Assembly: GCA_018304545.1 (NCBI GenBank)
Contig: JAGVVZ010000001.1
Span: forward strand, 159,495-223,494
Length of the DNA: 64,000 nt
Direction of reading: 5' to 3'
DNA from: Candidatus Aenigmatarchaeota archaeon
GTDB lineage: Archaea; Aenigmatarchaeota; Aenigmatarchaeia; CG10238-14
Shown: positions 9,421-18,318 of the stretch, one piece after another
Layout of the letters: every line of letters starts with the position of its first letter
How positions within the stretch are numbered: the first letter of the stretch is position 1
Notes under the pieces: model-generated
What the model saw: only the letters and a program-made list of their open reading frames with translations
Told to the model about the DNA's origin: nothing
The model's database searches: none
Made by a program: the position numbers and the translations under genes

Positions 9421-10407
9421 TTTTATATAAAAAGAAAGGCAATAAAGTTTGGTTCGACCTATGTTGTATCCCTACCACTACCGTGGTCAAGAAGATTTGA
9501 CATAGATAAAAAAAGGGAGATTAGCGTAGAAGAAACTGAAGACGGGATATTAAAAATAATTCCTGGAGATATGAAAAGACTAGAGGACGAGACGACTATA
9601 GTTATAACAAAAGATATGACTGCTGACAAGATATATTATAAAATACTTAGAGCATATTTCAACGGATACAAAAAAATAATCCTTGTTGGGAGCATTACTG
9701 ACGTACAGATGGATTTTCTTGTGATGATGCATAAACGTATTGTTGGTTTAGAAGTTACCGAACAAAAAAAAGATCAAATAATAATCACGGATCTTCTAAA
9801 ACCAGAAGATGTGGATTTAGATAAAATTGTAAATCAAATGTTTTCGTTCATAACAATCATGACAAACGATATTATTTTGCATATTTCAGAAGATTCCTAT
9901 ATTGGAGATAAAGTACTTAACAGAGACTCAATAATAATTCGAAATCACAATTTGGCCTATAGGTGCTGTAATATGGCTTTGAAAGATTCAATATATTTGG
10001 GAAAATTAAAAAAAACGACTAACCAAGTATTAGTAATTTCTAGAATTATTAGAAGTTTGGATATGATAGGAACCATATTAATAGGAATAAGTTATCTGCT
10101 AAATACAGAAACTACAAGAGGCATGAAAAAATTTCATTATAAAACATTTGAAAAAAATGATAGACTGAATAAAATTTTAGATGAGTATCTTAGAAAATGG
10201 TCGAAAAATTTTAAGTCGATAAAATCCGCGATAAAGGAAAGGGATATTGAAAGGATAATAGATCTTTACGTCAGAAGATTTGAGACAAAATTAAATATAG
10301 AAGACAAAAATTTACAACCCAGCGAACATTTAACAAACATAGTTGATTTGGCTGATCAACTAAGCAGAATGAGTGCTCTTATTCTTAGAGACTTCATGAT
10401 GTATTAG
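9421..10407 (+). CDS. PhoU-family regulator with N-terminal SpoVT/AbrB-like domain (start codon uncertain; annotated ORF begins at ATG 9571)
   Basis: The ORF 9571..10407 has two PhoU-like helical repeats. The same frame is open back to the stop at 9418. That extension encodes 'KFGSTYVVSLPLPWSRRFDIDKKREISVEETEDGILKIIPGD', a SpoVT/AbrB swapped-hairpin signature. There is no in-frame ATG, GTG or TTG in the extension. Confidence 0.6.
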   Translation, partial: FYIKRKAIKFGSTYVVSLPLPWSRRFDIDKKREISVEETEDGILKIIPGDMKRLEDETTIVITKDMTADKIYYKILRAYFNGYKKIILVGSITDVQMDFLVMMHKRIVGLEVTEQKKDQIIITDLLKPEDVDLDKIVNQMFSFITIMTNDIILHISEDSYIGDKVLNRDSIIIRNHNLAYRCCNMALKDSIYLGKLKKTTNQVLVISRIIRSLDMIGTILIGISYLLNTETTRGMKKFHYKTFEKNDRLNKILDEYLRKWSKNFKSIKSAIKERDIERIIDLYVRRFETKLNIEDKNLQPSEHLTNIVDLADQLSRMSALILRDFMMY

Positions 10408-10421
10408 TTAACACATAATGA

Positions 10422-11300
10422 TCATTTGAAAGCGTTTATGAAATTTACCGTTTCTTCTTTTGCTTCACGAATATATCTGGAACTTATAGGCAATTCGAGT
10501 TCAAAACTTTCATCCGATTCTCTGTGAATTCTTACAGTATATCCACATATCGTTGCCAACGGTCTTGTTAAAAAACCGATATTGGCCTCACTTGAACCAT
10601 AAGGAAACCCTAACTTATGTAGTAATTCATAAATAGCCATATCTCCTCCTAGATGTCCGAATACAACATCTCTATATAATTCATCTTTTCCTCTTAGTGT
10701 TGGTGTATCCGGAGTTATTATTTTTGCCTCTTTTTTTATTTTTTTTAAATCCCATCCCGATTTTATCTGAACTTCACTTATCCTCATTCTCCATCTATCT
10801 CTTTCAATGCCTATCCTAAAAAAATCTCTTCGGTCTACTTCATGGGTTACATAATGAGCTACACACATACTCCCAGAATATATGGTACCCCCAATCGATG
10901 CTGAAGCTTCTACATATACAGGCTTCACAGACAATGCTTCACTAAGACTTATCAAATGATAAAATGCTAGTAGCAACGTTCCTCCTTTATCCATATCTCT
11001 GGGTACTAAACCCTTAACTCTGCCAGAAAAATATCTTAAAGCATCAGCATTGTCTAAAAGATAACCGTCCATATTTTCTCTTACAACCGTATCCCAATTC
11101 AAACCGAATGCCAACCCTCTATAAGCATCAACCCCAACTAATTTTATACCCCCACACTCCAATGAAACTGAAACGGGCAGAACAACTTTTCTTTTCAATT
11201 GTTTTTCGCTACCATAAACCAAATGTCCCCGAAACTCCATTTCTCTGTAAGGAATTTTCACTTGAGCAGAACTTAGTTTAACCATGGTTCTACTTTGCAA
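10422..11300 (-). CDS. Conserved hypothetical protein (possible GHMP/PurM-like small-molecule kinase fold; family not resolved)
   Basis: 292-aa ORF co-directional with the ribosomal cluster. Weak GHMP-like 'GFPYGSSEANIGF'. Assignment is tentative. Confidence 0.35.
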   Translation of the reverse strand: MQSRTMVKLSSAQVKIPYREMEFRGHLVYGSEKQLKRKVVLPVSVSLECGGIKLVGVDAYRGLAFGLNWDTVVRENMDGYLLDNADALRYFSGRVKGLVPRDMDKGGTLLLAFYHLISLSEALSVKPVYVEASASIGGTIYSGSMCVAHYVTHEVDRRDFFRIGIERDRWRMRISEVQIKSGWDLKKIKKEAKIITPDTPTLRGKDELYRDVVFGHLGGDMAIYELLHKLGFPYGSSEANIGFLTRPLATICGYTVRIHRESDESFELELPISSRYIREAKEETVNFINAFK

Positions 11301-11328
11301 AAATAATTTTAAATTCGTTATTAGAAGA

Positions 11329-12195
11329 TCAAATTAATCCCAGAATCAAGATAATTCCGTCACCGACAAACAAAGTGAACAATAAGGCCAAAGGAAATGC
11401 CAGTCCAAATCTCACCCCTTCCTTTATCCAAACATGTTTCTTGTTAGAGGATTTTACTTTTTTGACTTGTTCCGAAGTCAAGCCTTCCCATAATTTAGAT
11501 TCTAGTAGAATGTCACCTTCTCTTAATTTTGAAGTGGGTATCTTTTTCTTGAAACCCAAGTCTTCGACTGTTTTTGTAAATCTCCATATCAAAAATAAAC
11601 CAAATATGGCTAACACTATTACAATCTCTGCTCGAATCATTTGGATTAGTGACATAGAAATAAAATTTCTCAAAACTATAAGACCAAAAAGCAATAAGCC
11701 GACAGTTATTAAAGCATTAAGAATGAATAACATTTTTGCATTGGCCTTAATATCATGAAAAAATACCTGCCAAATCTTTCTATTGATAAAAGATAAGACT
11801 AATGCGTAGCCGATCATGTACAACGCTCCTACTAAAAATAAATTGAAGAAAAAAGCTAATGGAAATGGCAATAATAATTTAGCAGAATATTTCACTGAAA
11901 GAGTTGGTAATAAAAATCCTACTCCTGAAAGTAACTTCGCATCTCCTCCGCCCCATTGTCCAAGATAATAAAATAAGAAACCCACTCCCAAAAATCCAAG
12001 GCCAACAATGAACGACATTAAAACGGGCCAATAGCTACCAACCAGCATAGAATTAATTGCATTACCCAATATGCCTATTACCATCATCGCGTAAGGTATC
12101 TGATCTGGTATTTCAGTAGTTTTAAGATCAATCACGCCAGAAATTAGCGAGCCTATCATAGCCACTAATATTAAAACAAATTCAATCATAAACAA
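11329..12195 (-). CDS. Type IV prepilin/preflagellin peptidase (peptidase A24, PibD/FlaK-like)
   Basis: Polytopic membrane protein. It has the two catalytic Asp contexts of A24 peptidases: 'IDLKTTEIPD' near the N-terminus and 'GQWGGGDAKLLSG'. Confidence 0.8.
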   Translation of the reverse strand: MFMIEFVLILVAMIGSLISGVIDLKTTEIPDQIPYAMMVIGILGNAINSMLVGSYWPVLMSFIVGLGFLGVGFLFYYLGQWGGGDAKLLSGVGFLLPTLSVKYSAKLLLPFPLAFFFNLFLVGALYMIGYALVLSFINRKIWQVFFHDIKANAKMLFILNALITVGLLLFGLIVLRNFISMSLIQMIRAEIVIVLAIFGLFLIWRFTKTVEDLGFKKKIPTSKLREGDILLESKLWEGLTSEQVKKVKSSNKKHVWIKEGVRFGLAFPLALLFTLFVGDGIILILGLI

Positions 12196-12266
12196 GAATT
12201 ATAAAGACTCAAACTTATAATTATTGAATTTTTTCTTTCCAATATTCAGAAATTTTCTACTTCGAA

Positions 12267-12410
12267 TTAACTGTATTTTTTAAAACCTAATTTTTGTGCA
12301 AATTCTCTCATACATCTCCTGCAGTAGTACAGGCCATATTTCCTTATAATTCCTCTATGAGTACCGCAGTTCTTGCACTTTCTTGTCCCTTTACCAAATT
12401 TTTTAGGCAT
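12267..12410 (-). CDS. rps14: 30S ribosomal protein S14 (zinc-binding type Z)
   Basis: Translated by hand: [47 protein letters not shown] (47 aa, four Cys). It is below the 60-aa ORF-track threshold. It sits in the canonical position after rpl5. Confidence 0.85.
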   Translation of the reverse strand: MPKKFGKGTRKCKNCGTHRGIIRKYGLYYCRRCMREFAQKLGFKKYS

Positions 12411-12586
12411 TAATTCAACCACCAAAATTTCCCAAAATCTTCAGAACACCCATTTCATCTTCAAACTGATTAATGAATATTTCTTTGACAACGTTCTCAT
12501 AAACCTTGCTCCAATCATCTTCTATAAGTGCCTTTCTAAAAATGACACCAGTAAGTTTTGTGGTCATGTCTCTGATCCACATATCA

Positions 12587-13096
12587 TCACTCAACAACAG
12601 ACACCCCCAAGTTTTTTATCCAATCTATGGTTTCTTTCTTATTAATAGCATGATTCTTACCTAATTTAGAATTTCCTATTTTTTTTCTTTTCACTCTGTA
12701 ACCGGGCCTTTCCAAAGTTACAGCAACATCAAACCCTATAATGCCGATATCAGGATCATATTGAATCTCAGGCAAATCAATGTATTCTTTAACACCGATT
12801 GAGAAGTTGCCGTTATTTATTTGGTTCATCCTAATCTTTTTATCGGCACTGTTTAAAACGTCAATAAGAAACTTTTCAGCCTTTTCTCTTCTTAAAGTAA
12901 CTTTGTATCCTATAGGTTTTCTTTTGGTGATACCAAACGTGGATCTTTTATGCGATAAAGTAGCCACGGGTTTTTTATCTGAAATTTTAGCCAATAACTT
13001 TTGGGCCCTTTGCATTTTTTCTTTATCGGCTGCACAACCTATATTCAAAGTGACTTTCTCTATCTTGATTTTTTTCATTACATTCATTTTGATCAC
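12587..13096 (-). CDS. rpl5: 50S ribosomal protein L5
   Basis: 'KIEKVTLNIGCA...GITKRKPIGYKVTLRR...GIIGFDV' matches the uL5 signature. Confidence 0.9.
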   Translation of the reverse strand: MIKMNVMKKIKIEKVTLNIGCAADKEKMQRAQKLLAKISDKKPVATLSHKRSTFGITKRKPIGYKVTLRREKAEKFLIDVLNSADKKIRMNQINNGNFSIGVKEYIDLPEIQYDPDIGIIGFDVAVTLERPGYRVKRKKIGNSKLGKNHAINKKETIDWIKNLGVSVVE

Positions 13097-13809
13097 ATAT
13101 TAACAGTAATCATTGGCTTGGCTTTGCCAACTACAAAAACATAATCTTTTACCGAAGCAAATTCTCTGCCTTTCAAATCACAAATAACTTTATTCGGTTC
13201 TCTACTTCTCGTCTTCACCACACCTTTTACTTTAATCAATTCGCCTTGATTTTGCCCGCCAATAATCAAGCCCAAATTTCCGTTTTCTAATTTTATGTGT
13301 TCAACTATCTTTTGACTTGGCAGTTCTATGAGTAAAGAATCCCCTGTCGAATAATCATCTTTTTTGCCTTTTCTTTCGACGAGGATGTTTCTACCATCAT
13401 GCAAATTCAACTGTAATTTTCCTTTTTTAATTAAAGTTTTATTCCTGATTCTGCATAACTTTAGATTTATCTCTTTTTCAGAAATTTCGTTCAAACTCAG
13501 ACCGCGTTTGGACGACACTATCCTATAAAACTTATTTAATTTTGGTATCTGCAAAACATCCATGAATCCAACTGGATATTTGTAACTTCTTCTGTATTTA
13601 CCATCAACAAACACCTCTCTAGAACTAATTATTTTTTGACCTTCAGCAGCGGTATCTACCAGTTTTAAAATATCTCTTAATATAATCAGTAACGGCATTG
13701 ACTCGTCTTTCTTATGGGATCCTGGATTAGGTTTCACGACCCAAGGTCTCGATTTTCTAGCAATTCTCCAAAACTTTGGAGTGGATAATGGTTTTAGATG
13801 TCTTCCCAT
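13093..13809 (-). CDS. rps4e: 30S ribosomal protein S4e
   Basis: 238 aa. 'MGRHLKPLSTPKFWRIARKSRPWVVKPNPGSH' matches the eS4 N-terminus. Confidence 0.9.
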   Translation of the reverse strand: MGRHLKPLSTPKFWRIARKSRPWVVKPNPGSHKKDESMPLLIILRDILKLVDTAAEGQKIISSREVFVDGKYRRSYKYPVGFMDVLQIPKLNKFYRIVSSKRGLSLNEISEKEINLKLCRIRNKTLIKKGKLQLNLHDGRNILVERKGKKDDYSTGDSLLIELPSQKIVEHIKLENGNLGLIIGGQNQGELIKVKGVVKTRSREPNKVICDLKGREFASVKDYVFVVGKAKPMITVNM

Positions 13810-13813
13810 ATAA

Positions 13814-14200
13814 TCACTTATTCAATACTCTGTTTAAAGCCTTTAATCTTTCTTGATCACTGAGATTGAGATTTGTAATTTTCAAATTACTTGGATGTAT
13901 CGAAAATTGTATTTCAGTTCCAGCTACTTTTTTTCTGGTTAAACCTTCTATGAATATTTTCGAGGTTTTTAAACTGATTCTACTTACTTTACCTGATCTG
14001 TTCTTGTATTTGCCTCTCATTATTAATACCTCATCTCCTTTTTTAACAGGAAATGACCTTGCTTTATATTTTTCTCTCAGTTCCTTAGATAAATGTGCGG
14101 AAACTAATTTATGCTTTACAGCCATAGGTGCGTTTCTATAATATTTTCTTTGCTTTCTTGGCTGTTTGGATGCCTTCCAATGCTTTGACCATCTCTTCAT
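13814..14200 (-). CDS. rpl24: 50S ribosomal protein L24
   Basis: KOW motif 'VKKGDEVLIMRGKYKNRSGKV'. Confidence 0.9.
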   Translation of the reverse strand: MKRWSKHWKASKQPRKQRKYYRNAPMAVKHKLVSAHLSKELREKYKARSFPVKKGDEVLIMRGKYKNRSGKVSRISLKTSKIFIEGLTRKKVAGTEIQFSIHPSNLKITNLNLSDQERLKALNRVLNK

Positions 14201-14416
14201 TTTATCATCTTCTCTAAATTATTAAAAGAAAGTATTTAAAAGGTTTTGTCCGTTTAAAGTTTTAGTATTTTGGCAAATGAGTATTATCATTGAACCCACA
14301 AATAGAACTAATTAAATACCGCCTATTTAACTTCATTTTTGCAATTAATCAATACGGATAACCTTAGTTTCTAATATCAAGATTTGAAATCATCGTTTTC
14401 TGTTGTAAAATAACAA

Positions 14417-14519
14417 TGAACAAAATGAAACACGTATGCTCAAGATGTCACATGAGGAAACCAAAAAGATTGTATCGGCAACATGTAAAATTCTGTGCGG
14501 GTACTAATCTAAGGAGATG
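14417..14519 (+). CDS. Small Cys-rich ORF (34 aa) in the rpl24-rpl14 gap, on the opposite strand
   Basis: MNKMKHVCSRCHMRKPKRLYRQHVKFCAGTNLRR, with a CxxC plus C arrangement. No homology support. Confidence 0.25.
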
Positions 14520-14524
14520 ATACT

Positions 14525-14695
14525 ATGTCTAGTATATCAGTCCATTGTGCATACTGCGGCCAAATAGCAAAAAGTGAACACTGTGGATTTTACAGAGGAA
14601 TGAACATCCATAATATGATTACCTGTAATTGCCTAAAAGAAGCTATAAAGATAGAATCAACAGAAGAATTTAATAAAAAGAAATGGTTTGTATAA
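14525..14695 (+). CDS. Small Cys-rich ORF (56 aa) in the rpl24-rpl14 gap, on the opposite strand
   Basis: MSSISVHCAYCGQIAKSEHCGFYRGMNIHNMITCNCLKEAIK..., with CxxC...HC...CxC. No homology support. Confidence 0.3.
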   Translation: MSSISVHCAYCGQIAKSEHCGFYRGMNIHNMITCNCLKEAIKIESTEEFNKKKWFV

Positions 14696-14697
14696 GG

Positions 14698-15105
14698 TTA
14701 AATTATAAAATTAGCAACTTTACCAATAACTGTGAATCTCTCAACCACTTCTCTGGCAACAGGTCCTTTAATTTGAGATCCTTGTGGCTCGCCTTTTTCA
14801 TTTACAATAGCAGCTGCATTATCCTCGAAACTCACTCGCAGTCCGTCTGCTCTTCTATATTCTTTTTTTTGTCTTATAATAACTGCTCTAACAACCTGTT
14901 TCCTCATTTTAACATTACCGACTCTGACAGAACACACAACCATATCACCCACACCTGCAGCAGGCAGTCTTCTTTTGGCACCGTGATAACCTAATACAGA
15001 TATTAAATTCAAGGTTTTTGCTCCAGTATTATCTGCACATTCAATCAAAGAACCTACGGGTATTCCTTTTGAAACTTTTGCTTTTAATCCTTTCATCTGA
15101 TTCAC
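14698..15105 (-). CDS. rpl14: 50S ribosomal protein L14
   Basis: 'GSLIECADNTGAK' matches the uL14 signature. Confidence 0.9.
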   Translation of the reverse strand: MNQMKGLKAKVSKGIPVGSLIECADNTGAKTLNLISVLGYHGAKRRLPAAGVGDMVVCSVRVGNVKMRKQVVRAVIIRQKKEYRRADGLRVSFEDNAAAIVNEKGEPQGSQIKGPVAREVVERFTVIGKVANFII

Positions 15106-15143
15106 TCATTATTTTAAGACTGATATAATTAAAAAGGTTTTTA

Positions 15144-15491
15144 TTAATTGATTTTTTCGATAACCACGAAATGTTTAGTTTTCGACAAAGGTCTGCATTC
15201 AGCTATTCTAACTTTATTGCCTTTTTTTGCGTCTACGCATACAGGATTATGGGCGGATATTCTACTTTTCCTTTTCTCATATCTTTCATATTTAGATATG
15301 AAATGAAGATAATCTCTCCTAACTATAGCCGTCCCTTGCATCCTATCCGAAACAATGACGCCCTCTAGAATTTTGCCTCTTATAGGTAATTTTCCGTGGA
15401 AAGGACAGTTAACGTCATTACAGGTTTTTTTAGGTAATTCTACATCATATCCTATATCCTTCGCTTTTTCTTTAACCATCATATCACTCAA
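15144..15491 (-). CDS. rps17: 30S ribosomal protein S17
   Basis: '[34 protein letters not shown]' matches uS17. Confidence 0.9.
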   Translation of the reverse strand: MSDMMVKEKAKDIGYDVELPKKTCNDVNCPFHGKLPIRGKILEGVIVSDRMQGTAIVRRDYLHFISKYERYEKRKSRISAHNPVCVDAKKGNKVRIAECRPLSKTKHFVVIEKIN

Positions 15492-15721
15492 TTTTCCATA
15501 TCTATATCGTCTATTTCATATTTTTCTTCATTCATCATTGCGTTTAATTCAACTTCAGCCAATATTCTTAGCAAGTCTTCTGTCCTTTTCTTTATGTCTT
15601 TCAAAGATATATCTTTTTTGTCCAATTTCATGTAATCGTTATACAAGGCTAAGCATATTTCGTCCCTAAACTTTTTGTTTCTCAGCATCTCAATCTGAAT
15701 TTCTTTTATCATATCTTCCAT
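15488..15721 (-). CDS. Small acidic coiled-coil protein (77 aa) between Rpp29 and rps17
   Basis: Tightly packed ORF co-directional with the cluster. No recognizable family. Confidence 0.4.
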   Translation of the reverse strand: MEDMIKEIQIEMLRNKKFRDEICLALYNDYMKLDKKDISLKDIKKRTEDLLRILAEVELNAMMNEEKYEIDDIDMEN

Positions 15722-15725
15722 TTTA

Positions 15726-16028
15726 TCACCATTTAGGCAACTTTTTCTTTATTCTATCTTCGGGTCTGCTTATTAAAACGTTTCCATCTACTTGAACCTT
15801 CTTCCCATCAGGAAGCGTGAATACAAATATTGATGTTTTCTTAACTATAACTTTTTCTGTTTTATTTGATTCAATTGTCAATGTATTATAACTTTCATCT
15901 ACAACTATGCCTTTTAATCCTTTTTGGTCGGGATTAGTAGATTTAACTACTACTATCGGTAAGCCGATAAGCTCATGTCTTACTAAATTTTGTGATGTTA
16001 TTGGCATATAAATATAATAATGATTCAA
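15726..16028 (-). CDS. rnp1: RNase P protein component 1 (Rpp29/Pop4)
   Basis: 100 aa with an Rpp29-like Sm-fold ('GLPIVVVKSTNPDQKGLKGIVVDESYNTLTI'). Its position before rps17 is conserved in archaea. Confidence 0.7.
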   Translation of the reverse strand: MNHYYIYMPITSQNLVRHELIGLPIVVVKSTNPDQKGLKGIVVDESYNTLTIESNKTEKVIVKKTSIFVFTLPDGKKVQVDGNVLISRPEDRIKKKLPKW

Positions 16029-16068
16029 CAGTAAAAATTAATTCTTTCCTTTAACTATCATTAATGTT

Positions 16069-16740
16069 ATGAAAGATCATTTTAAACTCCAAAGACTAAT
16101 GGCAATTAATCAACTTATAAAAGAAGGTTATTTGAAATCTAGCAAAATAATCCGGGCTATGAAAAAGGTTAAAAGAGAACTGTTCATGCCTGTAAAGTAT
16201 AGCAAATATGCATATGCCGATCAGCCTTTTCCGATACCGCCCTATAACGGGCTCCAAACAATTTCTGCACTGCACACTTATCCTATATTTTATGAACCAC
16301 TCAAATTGAAAGGGAGTGATAAATTTTTAGAAATAGGAATGGGATCTGGATATGGATCCGCTGTAGCGAAAGAACTAATAGGCAAGAAAGGTGTCGTGGT
16401 ATCCATAGAAAAAAACAGAAAGACATACATGTTTGGGAAGAGGAATCTTTCTAGAACTGGATACAAAGATGTTATTACAATAAACGATGACGGGACTAAA
16501 GGTTATGAGAAAATGGCGCCTTATGATAAAATATGTGTGACAGCCTCCTGTAATAAAATACCCGAGCCGCTTATAGAACAGTTGGCTAAACCCGGCATAT
16601 TGATCATACCTATTGGACCCAAACATCCTTCGCAAGATTTAGTCATGGTTGAAAAAGATGTGTCTGGAAAAATAACTAAAAGGAAAATCTTGGAAGTAAT
16701 CTACGTACCATTAATAGGGAAACATGGGTATGAAAATTAA
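16069..16740 (+). CDS. pcm: Protein-L-isoaspartate O-methyltransferase
   Basis: SAM motif 'LEIGMGSGYGSAV'. Matches the PCMT family throughout. Confidence 0.85.
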   Translation: MKDHFKLQRLMAINQLIKEGYLKSSKIIRAMKKVKRELFMPVKYSKYAYADQPFPIPPYNGLQTISALHTYPIFYEPLKLKGSDKFLEIGMGSGYGSAVAKELIGKKGVVVSIEKNRKTYMFGKRNLSRTGYKDVITINDDGTKGYEKMAPYDKICVTASCNKIPEPLIEQLAKPGILIIPIGPKHPSQDLVMVEKDVSGKITKRKILEVIYVPLIGKHGYEN

Positions 16741-16751
16741 TATTACTTGCC

Positions 16752-17585
16752 TTATTTGTTACAAAATTCCTTTCCATCAAAAACGTTGTTTCTTAACCAT
16801 TCGTATTGTTTTGGTCGATTATCTCTAACCCAGCAACCTTGTGTAATATAATATGCAACCGCATCTGCATATCCTTCTTCGCAATTCATAAATAATCCAT
16901 ACATACTAACAGATCTTTCAAGTAGGTACAGAACTCGATGTCCTAAGCCCAATAAATTTCTTAGTGGGTTTTCCACACAACCCGTAACTTTATTGAATTC
17001 CTCATTGGACGAATCTCCACTTTCATTTATTGGTTTTCCATTTCTACTATTATCAACAATTTGTCTTTTATGAGTTGTTTCATGCGCGAAAACATAATCG
17101 CATCTACTTCTAGGATAATGGGAATTATCAATATCATAACCATTTTCTAAACTACAACCAACTTTTATTGGGTCTTCAATCGCACCAGATGCAGATCCGC
17201 CTAATATTTTTTCACATTTTATTGATAATCCGGGATCAGGAAATATATGATCTTGAATTACCGAAATAATTCCTAAATAATGATTTTGATGTGAAGCTGA
17301 ACAATCGATAAATTTAATTTGTTTGCCTCCGGCAAGTGGTTTTGTTTCTCCTGTTTTAGGATCTTTATAAGTAAATGTATTTGTACCTGAAGATTTGATT
17401 TCTACGTCCTGATACAGAGAAGAATCGAATTGCTGAGCATAAGTCGCTAGGTCTATATATTCTATGTAATTCCCAGGCGACTCATATCGATGATACACAA
17501 AGCCCAAACCAGATGCAATCATAGAAACTACAGTAAATCCATATAAAAACAGTTTTTTTGTTCTATTTAATTTCAGTTGTTTCAT
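16752..17585 (-). CDS. Secreted or membrane-anchored HExxH zinc metalloprotease-like protein
   Basis: N-terminal signal anchor 'LFLYGFTVVSMIASGLGFV', 'FAHETTHKRQ' (HExxH), and many Cys residues. Confidence 0.5.
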   Translation of the reverse strand: MKQLKLNRTKKLFLYGFTVVSMIASGLGFVYHRYESPGNYIEYIDLATYAQQFDSSLYQDVEIKSSGTNTFTYKDPKTGETKPLAGGKQIKFIDCSASHQNHYLGIISVIQDHIFPDPGLSIKCEKILGGSASGAIEDPIKVGCSLENGYDIDNSHYPRSRCDYVFAHETTHKRQIVDNSRNGKPINESGDSSNEEFNKVTGCVENPLRNLLGLGHRVLYLLERSVSMYGLFMNCEEGYADAVAYYITQGCWVRDNRPKQYEWLRNNVFDGKEFCNK

Positions 17586-17725
17586 TTTAATCTTTTATTA
17601 CTATTATATAGTAAAAGTATTTATGTAATTATATCAAAATACGAGATAAATATATCATTTTTTATGGAAAATATAGCCAATTTACTAACGAGAAACAAAA
17701 TATTGAAAAATGATCATTTTATCTT

Positions 17726-18034
17726 TTAATTAGCTTCAATCAGATCTCTATCGAATCCTAGGCTAATAAGAATCTGTTTTGCTCTATCTACATGATTGCC
17801 TTGCAATTCTATATGACCTTCTTTATGCGATCCACCGCAGGCTAATTTTCTTTTTAGATTAGAAGTGATGGATTTGACGGATTTTTCATCAATTCCCTCT
17901 ATGATCGTCACCGGCTTTCCGAATTTTCTAGTAGTCATATAAACTTTAATTCTTCTTGCTTCTCTCTCAATAATCTTGCATGTACAAATATCCAAAGGCA
18001 AGCCGCACGTTAAACAATTTCCTCTGTCAACCAT
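17726..18034 (-). CDS. sui1: Translation initiation factor SUI1 (aSUI1/eIF1)
   Basis: N-terminal zinc knuckle 'CLTCGLPLDICTC' plus the SUI1 fold. Confidence 0.9.
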   Translation of the reverse strand: MVDRGNCLTCGLPLDICTCKIIEREARRIKVYMTTRKFGKPVTIIEGIDEKSVKSITSNLKRKLACGGSHKEGHIELQGNHVDRAKQILISLGFDRDLIEAN

Positions 18035-18120
18035 TTTCTTTTAATTCACCATTTTTATGATTCTAAAAATAGAATCTATTAAAGAATTAACACAGTATAT
18101 ATAAAAATAATTATTTACTA

Positions 18121-18318
18121 TCATCTATTCTTTTCTCTCTCCTTTTTTAATGTAAGAATTCTTGCTACGTCTCTCCTTATCATCTTTATTTTACCAGGAT
18201 TCTTAACGTTTCCTCCCATCTCTACATTTCCCTTTTCTTTCATTAACTCTAGTCTTGTATCAGCTAGTTTTTTATTCAAATCCTCATCCTTCATTTTTCG
18301 TGTTTCTCTTATCTTCAA
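18121..18318 (-). CDS. rpl29: 50S ribosomal protein L29
   Basis: 65 aa. 'MKIRETRKMKDEDLNKKLADTRLELMKEKG' matches uL29. Confidence 0.9.
   Translation of the reverse strand: MKIRETRKMKDEDLNKKLADTRLELMKEKGNVEMGGNVKNPGKIKMIRRDVARILTLKKEREKNR

Noticed and set aside
12415-12645. 60-aa and 90-aa ORFs in the rps14-rpl5 spacer
   Set aside because: They overlap each other and the rps14 start. They have no family and no sensible start context. The true small gene here is the hand-translated 47-aa rps14.
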